64,000 nt of DNA from Myxococcota bacterium (GCA_049969675.1 JBMFOP010000002.1:758-64757), one strand, 5' to 3'; shown: positions 26,101 through 37,078, numbered from the stretch's first letter. Program-made: numbers and translations. The notes: generated from the sequence alone by a model not told the origin.

Positions 26101-28839
26101 ATGGTAGATAAAATTCTAAAGGCACTATTTGGGACATATCACGAGAGGGAACTCAAAAGGATAGCACCAATTGTAGCAAAGATAAATGCCCTTGAAGAGG
26201 AGATAAAGAGACTCTCCGATGAGGAGATGAGACTCAGGACCAAAAAATTTAAGGAGTTTATAGATAATGCCCGCAGAGAGAAATTTAAGAATAAAAAGCC
26301 GGACCCGTTAGAGGAGTTCAAATTTGAACAGGAACTTCTCAACCAGATTCTACCTGAGGCATTTGCACTGGTAAGAGAGGCATCAGTCAGAACCTTAAAT
26401 ATGCGGCATTTTGATGTTCAGTTGATAGGCGGGATAGTATTGCACGAGGGGAAGATAGCTGAGATGAAGACTGGAGAGGGAAAGACACTCGTTGCAACCC
26501 TGCCGGCTTATCTGAACGCACTATGTGGTAAGGGTGTTCACATCGTGACAGTCAATGAATATCTTGCCAGGAGAGATACTGAGTGGATGGGGAAGATATA
26601 TAGATTCCTCGGACTTACCGTTGGCACAGTCATACCGCAGATGTCTGATGCAGAGAGAAAGTATGCATACAACTGTGATATTACATACGGACACAATTCG
26701 GAAATAGGATTTGATTATCTCAGAGATAATATGAAATTTTCCCTTGATGACTATGTGCAGAGGGAACATTATTATGCAATTGTTGACGAGGTAGACTGTA
26801 TTCTGATAGATGAGGCAAGGACTCCACTTATCATATCCGGACCATCTGAGGAATCTACAGAAATATACTATCGTGCAAATTCTATTGTCAAATATCTAAA
26901 ACGTGCCCCCTCAGATGATGAGAAGGAGAGGCAACTTGGCGACTTCTGGGTGGATGAAAAGTCAAAGAATGTAATTTTAAATGAATCCGGAATTGAAAAG
27001 GCTGAAAAACTATTGGGGGTTGACAATCTATATGACCCGGCAAATATTGAGTTGCTGCACGCACTTCAGCAGGCACTAAGGGCACATATGTGCTTTGAAA
27101 AAGAGAAAGACTACATTATAAAAGACGGGGAAGTAATGATTGTTGATGACTTTACTGGCAGAATAATGGAAGGGAGGAGATGGAGTGACGGGCTGCATCA
27201 GGCGATAGAAGCTAAAGAAGGGGTTGCCATTCAGGCTGAGAACCAGACACTCGCAACAATTACATATCAGAACTATTTTAGACTTTATAAGAAATTGGCT
27301 GGCATGACCGGCACAGCCGATACCGAGGCAGAGGAGTTTAAGAAGATATACAACCTGAATGTAAATGTAATCCCTACAAATAAGCCTATGATTCGAAAGG
27401 ATTATCAGGATGCGATCTTTGCAAATGAAAAGAGCAAATTTGATGCAGTAATTGAAGAGATAATAGATTGTTATAATAGAGGACAGCCGGTCCTCGTTGG
27501 CACCATCTCTATAGAGAAATCTGAGAAGTTATCAGAGATGCTCAAAAAGAGGGGAATCCCTCACAATGTACTGAATGCAAAACACCACGAGAAAGAGGCA
27601 TACATAGTCGCACAGGCTGGTAGATATAAGTCAGTGACAATCGCAACCAATATGGCTGGTAGAGGAACTGACATACTCCTCGGTGGTAATCCAGAGATGC
27701 TGGCAAGACAGGAGGTAAATGAAGAAGAGAATCCCGAAGAATACAGACGCGTCCTGGAGAAATACAAAAAGATATGTGCCGAAGAGAAGCAGAAGGTCAT
27801 TGAGGCAGGGGGACTTCATATAATCGGTACAGAGCGTCACGAGAGCAGGAGAATTGACAATCAATTGAGAGGACGTTCAGGACGACAGGGTGACCCGGGC
27901 TCTTCAAGATTCTTTGTGAGTCTTGAAGATGACCTGATGAGGATGTTTGGTGGTGATGCCATCAAGGGAGCAATGGCTCGTCTCGGAATGAATAATGGTG
28001 AACATATAGAACATAAATGGCTTTCAAAGGCGATTGAGAATGCTCAGAAGAAGGTTGAGGCACACAACTTTGAAATTAGAAAACATCTGCTTGACTACGA
28101 CGATGTAATGAATCAACAGAGAAAGACGATATATGGTCTTAGAAGGTCAATTCTTGGTGCAGAGGACATTCGTGAACTAATACTCAGAGCAATTGATGAA
28201 TATGTCTGCCTGCTTGTAGATACATACTGCCCGGAGAAAGAGAGGATAGAGGATTGGGACATAAAAGGGCTCCAGGATAAATTCTACTCTGTATTCGGTG
28301 TAAACATAAACCTTGCCGGTGCCTCCGTCAATAGAGAATCTTACGAAGATCTGCTTTATGATGCAGCAATCAAACGATATGAAGAGAAAGAACAGGAGAT
28401 TACCCCTACCATTATGCGAAAGTTGGAGCAATATATCTACCTGCAGACCCTTGATGACCAGTGGAGAGAGCACCTTTTGACTATGGACCACTTAAGAGAG
28501 GGTATAGGGCTCAGGGGTTATGGGCAGAAAGACCCAAAGATTGAATATAAGAGAGAGGGATATGCCTTCTTTTTAGATATGATGGATAGAATAAGGGAGA
28601 ATCTGCTCTCAAAGCTTATGAAGATTCAACTTGCTCAAAAAGAAGAGAGTGAAGTAGAAAAGTATAAGCCAAAGGCAAGAAAGATGAATATAGGTCCTGC
28701 TGCTGCAAATGCCCCCGCAAAGCCAACAACAGTAATTAAAGGGAAGAAGATCGGAAGAAATGACCCCTGTCCCTGCGGTTCAGGGAAAAAATATAAACAC
28801 TGTTGCCTTGAGAAAGATGAGGCGGCTGGAAAATTATAG
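26101..28839 (+). CDS. secA: Preprotein translocase ATPase SecA
   Basis: 912 aa. DEAD-like motor motifs (AEMKTGEGKTLVATLPAYLNAL; IVDEVDCILIDEARTPLIISG; TNMAGRGTDI). C-terminal zinc finger (CPCGSGKKYKHCC). Confidence 0.9.
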   Translation: MVDKILKALFGTYHERELKRIAPIVAKINALEEEIKRLSDEEMRLRTKKFKEFIDNARREKFKNKKPDPLEEFKFEQELLNQILPEAFALVREASVRTLNMRHFDVQLIGGIVLHEGKIAEMKTGEGKTLVATLPAYLNALCGKGVHIVTVNEYLARRDTEWMGKIYRFLGLTVGTVIPQMSDAERKYAYNCDITYGHNSEIGFDYLRDNMKFSLDDYVQREHYYAIVDEVDCILIDEARTPLIISGPSEESTEIYYRANSIVKYLKRAPSDDEKERQLGDFWVDEKSKNVILNESGIEKAEKLLGVDNLYDPANIELLHALQQALRAHMCFEKEKDYIIKDGEVMIVDDFTGRIMEGRRWSDGLHQAIEAKEGVAIQAENQTLATITYQNYFRLYKKLAGMTGTADTEAEEFKKIYNLNVNVIPTNKPMIRKDYQDAIFANEKSKFDAVIEEIIDCYNRGQPVLVGTISIEKSEKLSEMLKKRGIPHNVLNAKHHEKEAYIVAQAGRYKSVTIATNMAGRGTDILLGGNPEMLARQEVNEEENPEEYRRVLEKYKKICAEEKQKVIEAGGLHIIGTERHESRRIDNQLRGRSGRQGDPGSSRFFVSLEDDLMRMFGGDAIKGAMARLGMNNGEHIEHKWLSKAIENAQKKVEAHNFEIRKHLLDYDDVMNQQRKTIYGLRRSILGAEDIRELILRAIDEYVCLLVDTYCPEKERIEDWDIKGLQDKFYSVFGVNINLAGASVNRESYEDLLYDAAIKRYEEKEQEITPTIMRKLEQYIYLQTLDDQWREHLLTMDHLREGIGLRGYGQKDPKIEYKREGYAFFLDMMDRIRENLLSKLMKIQLAQKEESEVEKYKPKARKMNIGPAAANAPAKPTTVIKGKKIGRNDPCPCGSGKKYKHCCLEKDEAAGKL

Positions 28840-29280
28840 ATCCCATACAATCCTTTTTAGATTTTCACATAGTAAACAATTCCTGCTAATAATACTCATT
28901 TAACACCCTTTTAATTGCTACCTTTCCATTGCCGCTTACCTTCCTAACCCGTCATAGCCGAAGTCAAAGTCCATAAAAAATCTTCTGTGCATTTTGCGTA
29001 GAAGTTGCAATTAAAGAATCTAATATATATATATTTTTGTAAGTATGTCTAATATAGAAGTCACAGACATTGCAAAACCAGGTAAATTATTTGCTGTCTC
29101 ATAATAACTATACTTTACCCTGCTTTTTTGTAATAAAAATCAAAATATAATTTCAGAGAATATAAAATCAGACTCTTTAATTAGAGAATCCGAATCTTTC
29201 ATAGATATTCCAGTAAAATATTTTTCATTGTAAAAAAGAAAAATTTTTGATAATCAGAGAACCGATTGAAAGGAGTCTTT

Positions 29281-30474
29281 ATGCTTTCAAAGCGTGTAAA
29301 TATGATTCATCCCTCACCAACGCTCAAGATTACTGCCACTGCCAGGAAGATGCGGTCTGAGGGTAAACCAGTCATATCCTTTGCAGCAGGTGAGCCCGAC
29401 TTTGACACCCCTGAGGAGATCAAAGAGGCTGCTATTAAGGCACTAAGAGAAGGTAAGACAAAATATACTGCCACCTCCGGGATATCAGAACTCAAAGAGG
29501 CTATTTGCAAAAAGCTTGAAAATGAAAACGACTTAAAATATTCACCAGATGAGATAATAGTCTCCAATGGGGCAAAGCAATGCATATTCAATGCCCTTTT
29601 ATCTCTTTTGAATGAACATGAGACCATCCTCATACCACTCCCCTACTGGGTCTCATATCCAGAGATAGTCAACTTCTCTGGCGCCAAATACAAATTGATA
29701 AAAGGGGAGAAACACAACAAGTATAAAATAACAGCAAAGTCATTAAGTGATTCAATAGATTCATCTGTCAAGGCTCTAATTATAAACTCCCCATCCAACC
29801 CGACCGGTGCAGTCTATACAAAGGAAGAATTGACTGAACTGGCATCAGTCTTACGAGATAATCCTTCAGTATGGATCCTTTCAGACGATATATATGAAAA
29901 GCTTATTTATACCGAGGACAGATTCATCTCAATACTCAATGTGGCACCTGATTTAAGGTACAGGACTATAATTATCAATGGGTTGTCCAAAGCCTTCTCA
30001 ATGACCGGATTTAGGATTGGTTATGCAGCAGGAAATTATGATATCATATCAGCAATGACGAGAATTCAAGACCATACAACCTCTAATGCATCTACCATTG
30101 CACAATATGCCGCCCTATTTGCCCTAACAGGTAAAATAAAAGAGATTGAGATGATGAAATCCGAATTTAAAAAGAGGATGGAGATAATGTTTGAAGGTCT
30201 ATCTGCTATAGATGGCTTAAAACCTATAAAGCCAGATGGGGCATTTTATATGTTTACCGATATATCCTCATTTATTGGCAAGAGGTATAAAGGCAACATA
30301 ATTAAAAGTTCAGAAGACTTCTCACTAAAATTACTTGAAAATTATTATATTGCCACTATCCCGGGAATTGCATTTGGCACAGACAACTTTATAAGGCTTT
30401 CCTTTGCTACATCAGAAAAGGATATTAGAGAAGGTATTGAAAAGATCAAGGGCTTTATCAATGAAATCAATTAG
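29281..30474 (+). CDS. aspC: Aspartate / aromatic aminotransferase (class I)
   Basis: AGEPDF motif and PLP-lysine region (NGLSKAFSMTGFRIGY). Start placed at the ATG after the AAGGAG SD; the ORF track begins 15 nt earlier. Confidence 0.8.
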   Translation: MLSKRVNMIHPSPTLKITATARKMRSEGKPVISFAAGEPDFDTPEEIKEAAIKALREGKTKYTATSGISELKEAICKKLENENDLKYSPDEIIVSNGAKQCIFNALLSLLNEHETILIPLPYWVSYPEIVNFSGAKYKLIKGEKHNKYKITAKSLSDSIDSSVKALIINSPSNPTGAVYTKEELTELASVLRDNPSVWILSDDIYEKLIYTEDRFISILNVAPDLRYRTIIINGLSKAFSMTGFRIGYAAGNYDIISAMTRIQDHTTSNASTIAQYAALFALTGKIKEIEMMKSEFKKRMEIMFEGLSAIDGLKPIKPDGAFYMFTDISSFIGKRYKGNIIKSSEDFSLKLLENYYIATIPGIAFGTDNFIRLSFATSEKDIREGIEKIKGFINEIN

Positions 30475-30486
30475 CGAGGTCATACT

Positions 30487-31230
30487 ATGGAGACCAATGT
30501 AATTTTTATTCTGATTATTGTTGCGCTTGTTATCTCAAACGGTTTTGTGCTTTATCTCTTTATGAGCCGTTCCAATTCAATCAACAACGCTGAACAGGAA
30601 AGGCAGGAACTCAAGAACCAGAATGAAAATCTTAAGAGAGAGATAGAGAAGACAACAAATGAAGTGAAAGACTTAAGAGAAGAGAATATTGAACTCAAAA
30701 ATAAACTTAAACAGATTAAATCTGAGTTATACGAGACTGAGACAAAAAATAAGGATTTATTGGAGAGACTGGACAATTCTGAGAAGAAGATATCAGAATA
30801 TGAAGATAACCTCAGAAAATTAAATATTGAACTGGAGAACATTAAATCAAAGCCATCAGAGAAGACAATCAGATCTGAGATACTGGATTCAGACAATAAA
30901 CAGAAGCAGATAAATGAACTAAACAACAAAATCAGAGAGTTAGAGAAGAAAATTAGCATCTATGAAAATGAGCACAAACTTGAGGAGTATAAGAATAACA
31001 TCCAACTCTATCAGAATCGCATAAAGATTCTTGAAGACCAGCTTGCAAAGATTAAGACAATAGCAGAAGAAAAGTCAAAAGAGGTGGCCTCTCTGAAAAT
31101 CAAAAATGAAAATCTTGATAAGGCATATATGACCATAAGAGGTGAGCTTGCCTCTGCACTGGATAAGATATCTGCCCTAAAAGGGGAAGAGGGAAGGGGC
31201 TTTAGCGATGAGACAGAAAATAAAGACTGA
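30487..31230 (+). CDS. Membrane-anchored coiled-coil protein, unknown function
   Basis: N-terminal TM (VIFILIIVALVISNGFVLYLFM) followed by ~200 aa of K/E/N-rich heptad-like sequence. Confidence 0.4.
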   Translation: METNVIFILIIVALVISNGFVLYLFMSRSNSINNAEQERQELKNQNENLKREIEKTTNEVKDLREENIELKNKLKQIKSELYETETKNKDLLERLDNSEKKISEYEDNLRKLNIELENIKSKPSEKTIRSEILDSDNKQKQINELNNKIRELEKKISIYENEHKLEEYKNNIQLYQNRIKILEDQLAKIKTIAEEKSKEVASLKIKNENLDKAYMTIRGELASALDKISALKGEEGRGFSDETENKD

Positions 31231-31324
31231 TTTTTTTAATTGCAACTTTCCAATTTTAGTGATTATTATCACTTTGCTGGAATATATATTTGATATTTTT
31301 AATTTTTTCTTCTATATATGAGTT

Positions 31325-32230
31325 ATGAGTGAAGATAAGGAAGAAAAGACCAGAGTAATAGACCTCAAGGAAATCAAGACCGACGCCAGGAGCAAGCACG
31401 CATATTTTATAGTAATTTCTGGTAAATTGGCTGGAAAGATGTTCAAGATTGAGCAGAATGAGATGCTAATCGGTCGGTCTGATGAGGCAGATATTCAGAT
31501 TGAGGATGAGGGGGTCTCCAGAAAACACGCCAAAATTACAAGGCTTGCAGATGGGCAGGTGATGCTTATAGACCTCGGTAGCACCAATGGCACATACTTT
31601 AATGGGACAAAGATATCCGAACATATCTTAAAAGATGGAGATAAGATTCAGATAGGGTCTACAACAATTTTGAAATTCAGTTATCAGGATGATGTAGATG
31701 AACAGTTTCAAAAACAGTTCTACGACAGTGCCACAAAAGACCACCTCACAAAGATATTCAATCGTAAATTCTTTGCTGAGAGATTTATTCAGGAATTTAG
31801 TTACGCCCTCAGACATCAGAAGGTATATTCGCTTGCAATACTTGATATTGACCATTTTAAGAGAGTAAACGATACATACGGACATCAGGCTGGAGATTAT
31901 GTGTTGAGACAGGTCGCAGATGTCGTCTCGCAACTAATCAGAAACGAAGATATATTTGCCAGATATGGTGGAGAGGAATTTGTCCTTCTACTCAGAGATA
32001 CAGATGAGGAAAAGGCATTTATCTGCGCTATGAGAATCAGACGGGCGATTGAAAAACATGAATTCAAATTTCAGGATAAGATAATCCCGATTACGGTCAG
32101 TATCGGAATAAGCACACTTAAGGATGGGAATTTTAAGACGCCAGAGGAGATGTTCAGGGTGGCTGATGAATATCTATATAAGGCAAAGAATAATGGCAGA
32201 AATCGGGTGGAAAGTATTATTAATGCCTGA
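31325..32230 (+). CDS. FHA-GGDEF protein (putative diguanylate cyclase with phosphothreonine-binding input domain)
   Basis: FHA (MLIGRSDEADIQIEDEGVSRKHAKITRLADGQVMLIDLGSTNGTYFNG). GGDEF domain with intact GGEEF and a canonical I-site RxxD five residues upstream (RNEDIFARYGGEEF). Confidence 0.75.
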   Translation: MSEDKEEKTRVIDLKEIKTDARSKHAYFIVISGKLAGKMFKIEQNEMLIGRSDEADIQIEDEGVSRKHAKITRLADGQVMLIDLGSTNGTYFNGTKISEHILKDGDKIQIGSTTILKFSYQDDVDEQFQKQFYDSATKDHLTKIFNRKFFAERFIQEFSYALRHQKVYSLAILDIDHFKRVNDTYGHQAGDYVLRQVADVVSQLIRNEDIFARYGGEEFVLLLRDTDEEKAFICAMRIRRAIEKHEFKFQDKIIPITVSIGISTLKDGNFKTPEEMFRVADEYLYKAKNNGRNRVESIINA

Positions 32231-32258
32231 GATAACCCTGATAAATGAATAAGAAAAA

Positions 32259-32639
32259 ATGAGGATTTTTATAATAATATTTTTACTACCTCTCTTTCTT
32301 GTATCATACATCAATCCTATATCTGCAGAAGAGGATACAGCAAATCAGATAAATAGGCTCAATATGGGAACCGGTTTAACTCTCTCTATAATCCCCGGAT
32401 TTGGGGCAGGCAATTATTATGCGCATAACTTTTCAAAGGGGTTGACATTCACATTTATTGATGCCTCACTTTTAGGAATCTCTATCTGGGCATATACAGG
32501 CACAAAGCTTACAGATTACTCGGTCATTTCAATAGGGGTAATACCTGCCGTTTTGCTGATTTTTAAGGTCATTCAAGTTAAGACGGTATATGATGATATT
32601 GAGGCATACAATAATAGATATATTTTTTATAAACCATAA
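32259..32639 (+). CDS. Small membrane protein, unknown function
   Basis: Signal/TM N-terminus and several hydrophobic segments. No recognisable motif. Confidence 0.3.
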   Translation: MRIFIIIFLLPLFLVSYINPISAEEDTANQINRLNMGTGLTLSIIPGFGAGNYYAHNFSKGLTFTFIDASLLGISIWAYTGTKLTDYSVISIGVIPAVLLIFKVIQVKTVYDDIEAYNNRYIFYKP

Positions 32640-32642
32640 TGA

Positions 32643-33383
32643 TTGATGAACCTCTTTGAAAATACTTATATAATACTTTATAGACCGGAAAAGATAAGAA
32701 ATATCGGTCAGACTGCAAGGGCTATAAAGAACTTCGGATTTACAAATTTGAGGATTGTCTCTCCCCCGGCGGGGAATATGCGAGAGGCATACGAAAATGC
32801 AGTCAATGCCAGAGATATAATTGATAATAGAGAGGTCTATAATAGTATTGAGGATGCAACAGGAGACTTAAATATCCTGATTGGCACAACCAGCAGAACG
32901 AGCGAACTACCTATGTCACCAACAGGGCTTGCAGAATTTATGCTCAATAGACCCAATCTCAAATATGGAATTCTCTTTGGCACAGAATTCAGGGGACTAT
33001 CTAACTCAGAAATATCTCTATGTCATAAAGTAGTTAGTATTCCCACCTCCGAACTCTATCCATCAATGAATCTATCCCACGCCGTATGTGTAATATGTTA
33101 TGAACTCAGAAAGGCATTTGTCTCAAATGAACATATAAATTACATACACAGAGAACCTGTTGCAACTATCTCAGAGATAGAGAATCTCCTAAAACATGCA
33201 GGTGAGACACTGAAAAACATTGGTTTTTTAAGGGAAGGTTCACCCGGACATCTAATCACTATACTGAGAAGGCTTTCAATCAACACAGAATTGACCTCAA
33301 AGGATATCAGAATTCTTCGCGGTATACTGAGACAGATTGATTGGGTATATGAAAAAAATTCTGGCATTAAAAGAGGGTCGTGA
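32643..33383 (+). CDS. SpoU/TrmH-family RNA 2'-O-methyltransferase (TrmJ-like)
   Basis: SPOUT-class motifs (ILYRPEKIRNIGQTARAIKNFGF ... ILFGTEFRGLSNSEISLCHKVVSIPT). Confidence 0.65.
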   Translation: MMNLFENTYIILYRPEKIRNIGQTARAIKNFGFTNLRIVSPPAGNMREAYENAVNARDIIDNREVYNSIEDATGDLNILIGTTSRTSELPMSPTGLAEFMLNRPNLKYGILFGTEFRGLSNSEISLCHKVVSIPTSELYPSMNLSHAVCVICYELRKAFVSNEHINYIHREPVATISEIENLLKHAGETLKNIGFLREGSPGHLITILRRLSINTELTSKDIRILRGILRQIDWVYEKNSGIKRGS

Positions 33384-34048
33384 GAATAGTCATTAAGATA
33401 ATTGTAGCACTGCTCTTAATACCTCTAATTGGGGGTTATGCCTCTGCCCTCTTCAACACTGCCCTGGTATTTATAAACAACCCTTCTCTCAACTGGCACT
33501 TCCTCACGGGGATTGGAGCCGGGATATTATTATTCCCGATATTGATGAAGAGAAGATTTATTAGAACTTTTGAACACGAGATGACACATCTCATCTTTGC
33601 AAAACTCTTCCTTGGAAACATTAAAGAGTTGAATGTCTCATCCGAGGGTAGTGGTTATGTAGAATATTCGGCGTTCCCAAATCCATTTATTGGGCTTTCA
33701 CCATACTTCTTCCCACTCTTTGCAGCAATAATTGCATTGCTGGTTCCATTACTAAATCCCATCTTCTCAAAATATTTTTATATTGCTGTTGGGTTCTTCC
33801 TCGTTCATCACCTTCTTTCTGCCATTATTGAAATATCCTCCTCACAACCAGATATTAAACAGGAGGGGATCCTCTTCTCCGCTGTATTCATCTCATTCTT
33901 TCTGATTCTCTTCTATGGAATTATTATTTCAGAGATTATATCTTATGCCCAGATTCTGATATTTTTCAAGACTGGACTTATCAAATCACTCTCAATCCTG
34001 ATGAGTATCAAAGATTTATTTACAGTCTATCTTTTAGCTCTATGCTGA
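33380..34048 (+). CDS. Polytopic membrane protein with HExxH motif (putative intramembrane zinc metallopeptidase-like, DUF3267-like)
   Basis: 6-7 predicted TM segments. HEMTH lies at the end of a cytoplasm-facing loop (FEHEMTHLIFAKLF). GTG start overlaps the upstream stop. Confidence 0.35.
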   Translation: MRIVIKIIVALLLIPLIGGYASALFNTALVFINNPSLNWHFLTGIGAGILLFPILMKRRFIRTFEHEMTHLIFAKLFLGNIKELNVSSEGSGYVEYSAFPNPFIGLSPYFFPLFAAIIALLVPLLNPIFSKYFYIAVGFFLVHHLLSAIIEISSSQPDIKQEGILFSAVFISFFLILFYGIIISEIISYAQILIFFKTGLIKSLSILMSIKDLFTVYLLALC

Positions 34049-34141
34049 TCTGTTAATACTTAAATGACTAACCAGCACTAATGCCTTATTAAAGGAATAT
34101 CTTGCCTAATGTCAGATTTATATGTATAAACTCATTGCACT

Positions 34142-34876
34142 ATGAAGAGACGTGATTTCTTAAAAGCCTTTATAACCATCCCATTTATACCAGACCTGTT
34201 TATGCTACTGGATTACTCAAAATTCACAATTGCAAAGGTCAAATATAACGGCAACTGGAATCTCAGAGATAATGCATTAAGAAAGGTTATGTTTGAGGTC
34301 AACAGGAGGACATCCATCTCCTGCTCAAAGGAGCCAGCCACTATCTCGGCAGATGATACAGCCATATTTAACTATCCATTTCTCGTGATAAGCGGAGATA
34401 AGGCGCTGCCCGACTTCTCAGGGCTCTCTATCGCCCGACTCAAACGATTCATCAATAAAGGTGGATTCTTATTCGCAGATTCATCAGAGGAGAAGTCAGA
34501 TGAGTTCTACCTTTCGGTTGTGAAACTGATGAATCAGATCATACCCAATTCTGAATTTGTGACACTTGACGAGAATAATGTAATTTACAAGACATTTTAT
34601 ATGCTGACAAAATCTTACGGGAGACTGAATAAGAAGGACTTCTTTGAGGGTGTAATCTTTGAGAATAGAATTGCACTCCTCTTCTCTCACAATGACCTGC
34701 TCGGCGCCCTCGAGCGTGATGAATTTGGAAATTACAAATATTCAATACCAGATGAGCAGACAAGAAGGGAATTATGTATCAGGACAGCAGTAAATATAGT
34801 AATGTATTCTCTCACAGTTGATTACAAAGACGATCAGGTTCATCACCCATTTTTTAAAGAGAAGATTAGAAGATGA
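34142..34876 (+). CDS. DUF4159-like exported protein
   Basis: Tat-like N-terminus (MKRRDFLKAFITIPF). Domain resembles the DUF4159 family that accompanies VWA/BatA-type loci. ATGA overlap with the downstream VWA gene. Confidence 0.35.
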   Translation: MKRRDFLKAFITIPFIPDLFMLLDYSKFTIAKVKYNGNWNLRDNALRKVMFEVNRRTSISCSKEPATISADDTAIFNYPFLVISGDKALPDFSGLSIARLKRFINKGGFLFADSSEEKSDEFYLSVVKLMNQIIPNSEFVTLDENNVIYKTFYMLTKSYGRLNKKDFFEGVIFENRIALLFSHNDLLGALERDEFGNYKYSIPDEQTRRELCIRTAVNIVMYSLTVDYKDDQVHHPFFKEKIRR

Positions 34877-37077
34877 ATAATCTTTTGACCTCATATAGCA
34901 TAAATTTTGAACCACCCTTATCCGATGTCCTTTCAATCATAGTTGCAATTATAATCCTGCTTCTAACCGCTTACTCCATCAAGAATCTCCTCTTTTATCT
35001 GAGTATAAAAGTCAGGGTGCTTCTGGCAATTTTAAGGACGCTTTCAGTGCTGACATTCCTCTTTATATTCTTTGAACCATCCATTGTTGAGACCACATAC
35101 TACCTTGAAAAGGACACAGTGGCAATTCTTGTAGATGCCTCCCGTTCAATGTCTATTTCATCTGATGGCTTATCAAGGCTCCAGATAGCAAAGAGGGTCG
35201 CCTCAAAGATAATCGGGAATAATGAACTGAGAAAAGAACATAATATAGTCATCTACTCATTTAGTAAGAAGACCCATCTGAACAGCTCAGTTGAAGACAT
35301 CTCCATTCTCAATGAGGATTCAACAGATATTGTCAACTCGCTTGAAGATATAAGGCTCAGACATCAGGACCTCTCAAATATCATTCTAATCTCCGATGGC
35401 GCGGACAACAATCTGCTACAGAATAGAGGTGGAGATATCACTGATATATTAAAGAATTTCGCAAAGAATCTGGAGATCCCGGTTCATACCATTCTGGCAG
35501 GTAATGAGAATAGCATAAACGATGTCGCAATAAAGGTCATCTCCGCCTCACCTATTGGATTTGCAGGTAAAGAGTTTGAGGTCTCTTTATTGATTTCAAA
35601 TAACTCCAATATCACAGAGACAATTCCAGTCAAGATTAAGGAGAATGACACACCTATCTATTCAACCAGCTTAAGAGTACCATTCAATCAGTCAAAACAG
35701 ATTAAAGTCACTCTGTTTCCGAAGAATATGGGGAGAAATGTCTATGAGGTTTCAATCCCACCCTTTAGTGATGAGACAAACCTAAAAAACAATGTAGACT
35801 ATTTCACCTCCAAGATAAGGAAAGAGAGCTTCAGGATACTTCAGATAAGCGGCTCAGTCTCCTATGATGTAAGGTTTCTAAGGCATCTCTTCAAAAAGGC
35901 ACCGGATATAGACCTTATCTCCTTCTTTATTTTACGAACTCTTGAAAGTGATGTAAATGCACCCGATTCCGAACTATCGCTGATCCCATTCCCCGCAGAT
36001 AGTGTAATAAAGGAGAGTCTATTTAGCTTTGATGTTGTAATATTGCAGGACTTCGGATTTGTGCCGTATGGATTAAATACAACATTTTCGGAACTTAACA
36101 ACTTCATCAGGAGAGGCGGAGGACTTATATTCATAACCGGCAACAACTGGTACAGGTGGATCGGGGATTACATAACCTTCTTCAACGACTGTATGCCTGC
36201 TACCCCGAGAACTGATGATAATGCGATTGAGAATATCATCTTCAGGCCAGAGCTCACATCAGATGGGAAGAACCATCCAATAATGAGGATTCTTGATTCA
36301 ATGGAAGAGAATACCATCCTCTTTCGCAATCTCCCCGAACTCCACGGCATACACAGGATAAACAATATCAAGCCTACATCTCTTTCACTTATGTCTGCAA
36401 AGATTACAGAGAACGAGACCCTCCCGATATTTTTAATTAATAGATGTGAGAAAGGTCGCACCGCACTAATTACTACTGATGAATTGTGGAGATTCTCATT
36501 CTCTGAGAAGACCCCTGATGAATTCAATCTCTATAACAAATTGATGAACAACCTGCTTCTATGGATAACGGCTGAACCGGATAGAGAGGACATTGTAATA
36601 TCACAGAGTCAGCAATCATCAAAAACCGATGAACTAAGGGGTAGATTAGCGAGCATCATCTACTCAAATGATATAAAGATACAGATAGAAAATGGAACCA
36701 CTATTCAGGGAAAAATTAATTCTGACGGAGAATTTAGCTTTGATATATCAAAGGTAGAGGATGGCATCCATAACGCCAAGGTCTTATATAATGACAGAAT
36801 TTATAATATCTACTTTTATAAGAAGCTCAAAGATATTGAGATGCAGGATATTTCATTAAGGGCCGATGTCTTAAAAGCAATTGCGAGATACTCTAACGGT
36901 AAATATTACAAAGATAACGATATCTCTGATAAAGAGTTCTCTTTACAAAAGAGACCGATAAAGAAGATTCAGGAGAGAAAACGAACCCCATTATGGAATA
37001 AAACTATATTCCTTGCCCTCATTATAATATTATTTTCAATTGAGTGGTTTACAAGAAGGATGTACGGACACCAATAG
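34873..37077 (+). CDS. BatA-like membrane protein with von Willebrand factor A domain and C-terminal TM
   Basis: Two N-terminal TM segments. VWA MIDAS motif (ILVDASRSMS = DxSxS). Large middle region. C-terminal TM (IFLALIIILFSIEWF). Confidence 0.55.
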   Translation: MNNLLTSYSINFEPPLSDVLSIIVAIIILLLTAYSIKNLLFYLSIKVRVLLAILRTLSVLTFLFIFFEPSIVETTYYLEKDTVAILVDASRSMSISSDGLSRLQIAKRVASKIIGNNELRKEHNIVIYSFSKKTHLNSSVEDISILNEDSTDIVNSLEDIRLRHQDLSNIILISDGADNNLLQNRGGDITDILKNFAKNLEIPVHTILAGNENSINDVAIKVISASPIGFAGKEFEVSLLISNNSNITETIPVKIKENDTPIYSTSLRVPFNQSKQIKVTLFPKNMGRNVYEVSIPPFSDETNLKNNVDYFTSKIRKESFRILQISGSVSYDVRFLRHLFKKAPDIDLISFFILRTLESDVNAPDSELSLIPFPADSVIKESLFSFDVVILQDFGFVPYGLNTTFSELNNFIRRGGGLIFITGNNWYRWIGDYITFFNDCMPATPRTDDNAIENIIFRPELTSDGKNHPIMRILDSMEENTILFRNLPELHGIHRINNIKPTSLSLMSAKITENETLPIFLINRCEKGRTALITTDELWRFSFSEKTPDEFNLYNKLMNNLLLWITAEPDREDIVISQSQQSSKTDELRGRLASIIYSNDIKIQIENGTTIQGKINSDGEFSFDISKVEDGIHNAKVLYNDRIYNIYFYKKLKDIEMQDISLRADVLKAIARYSNGKYYKDNDISDKEFSLQKRPIKKIQERKRTPLWNKTIFLALIIILFSIEWFTRRMYGHQ

Positions 37078-37078
37078 A

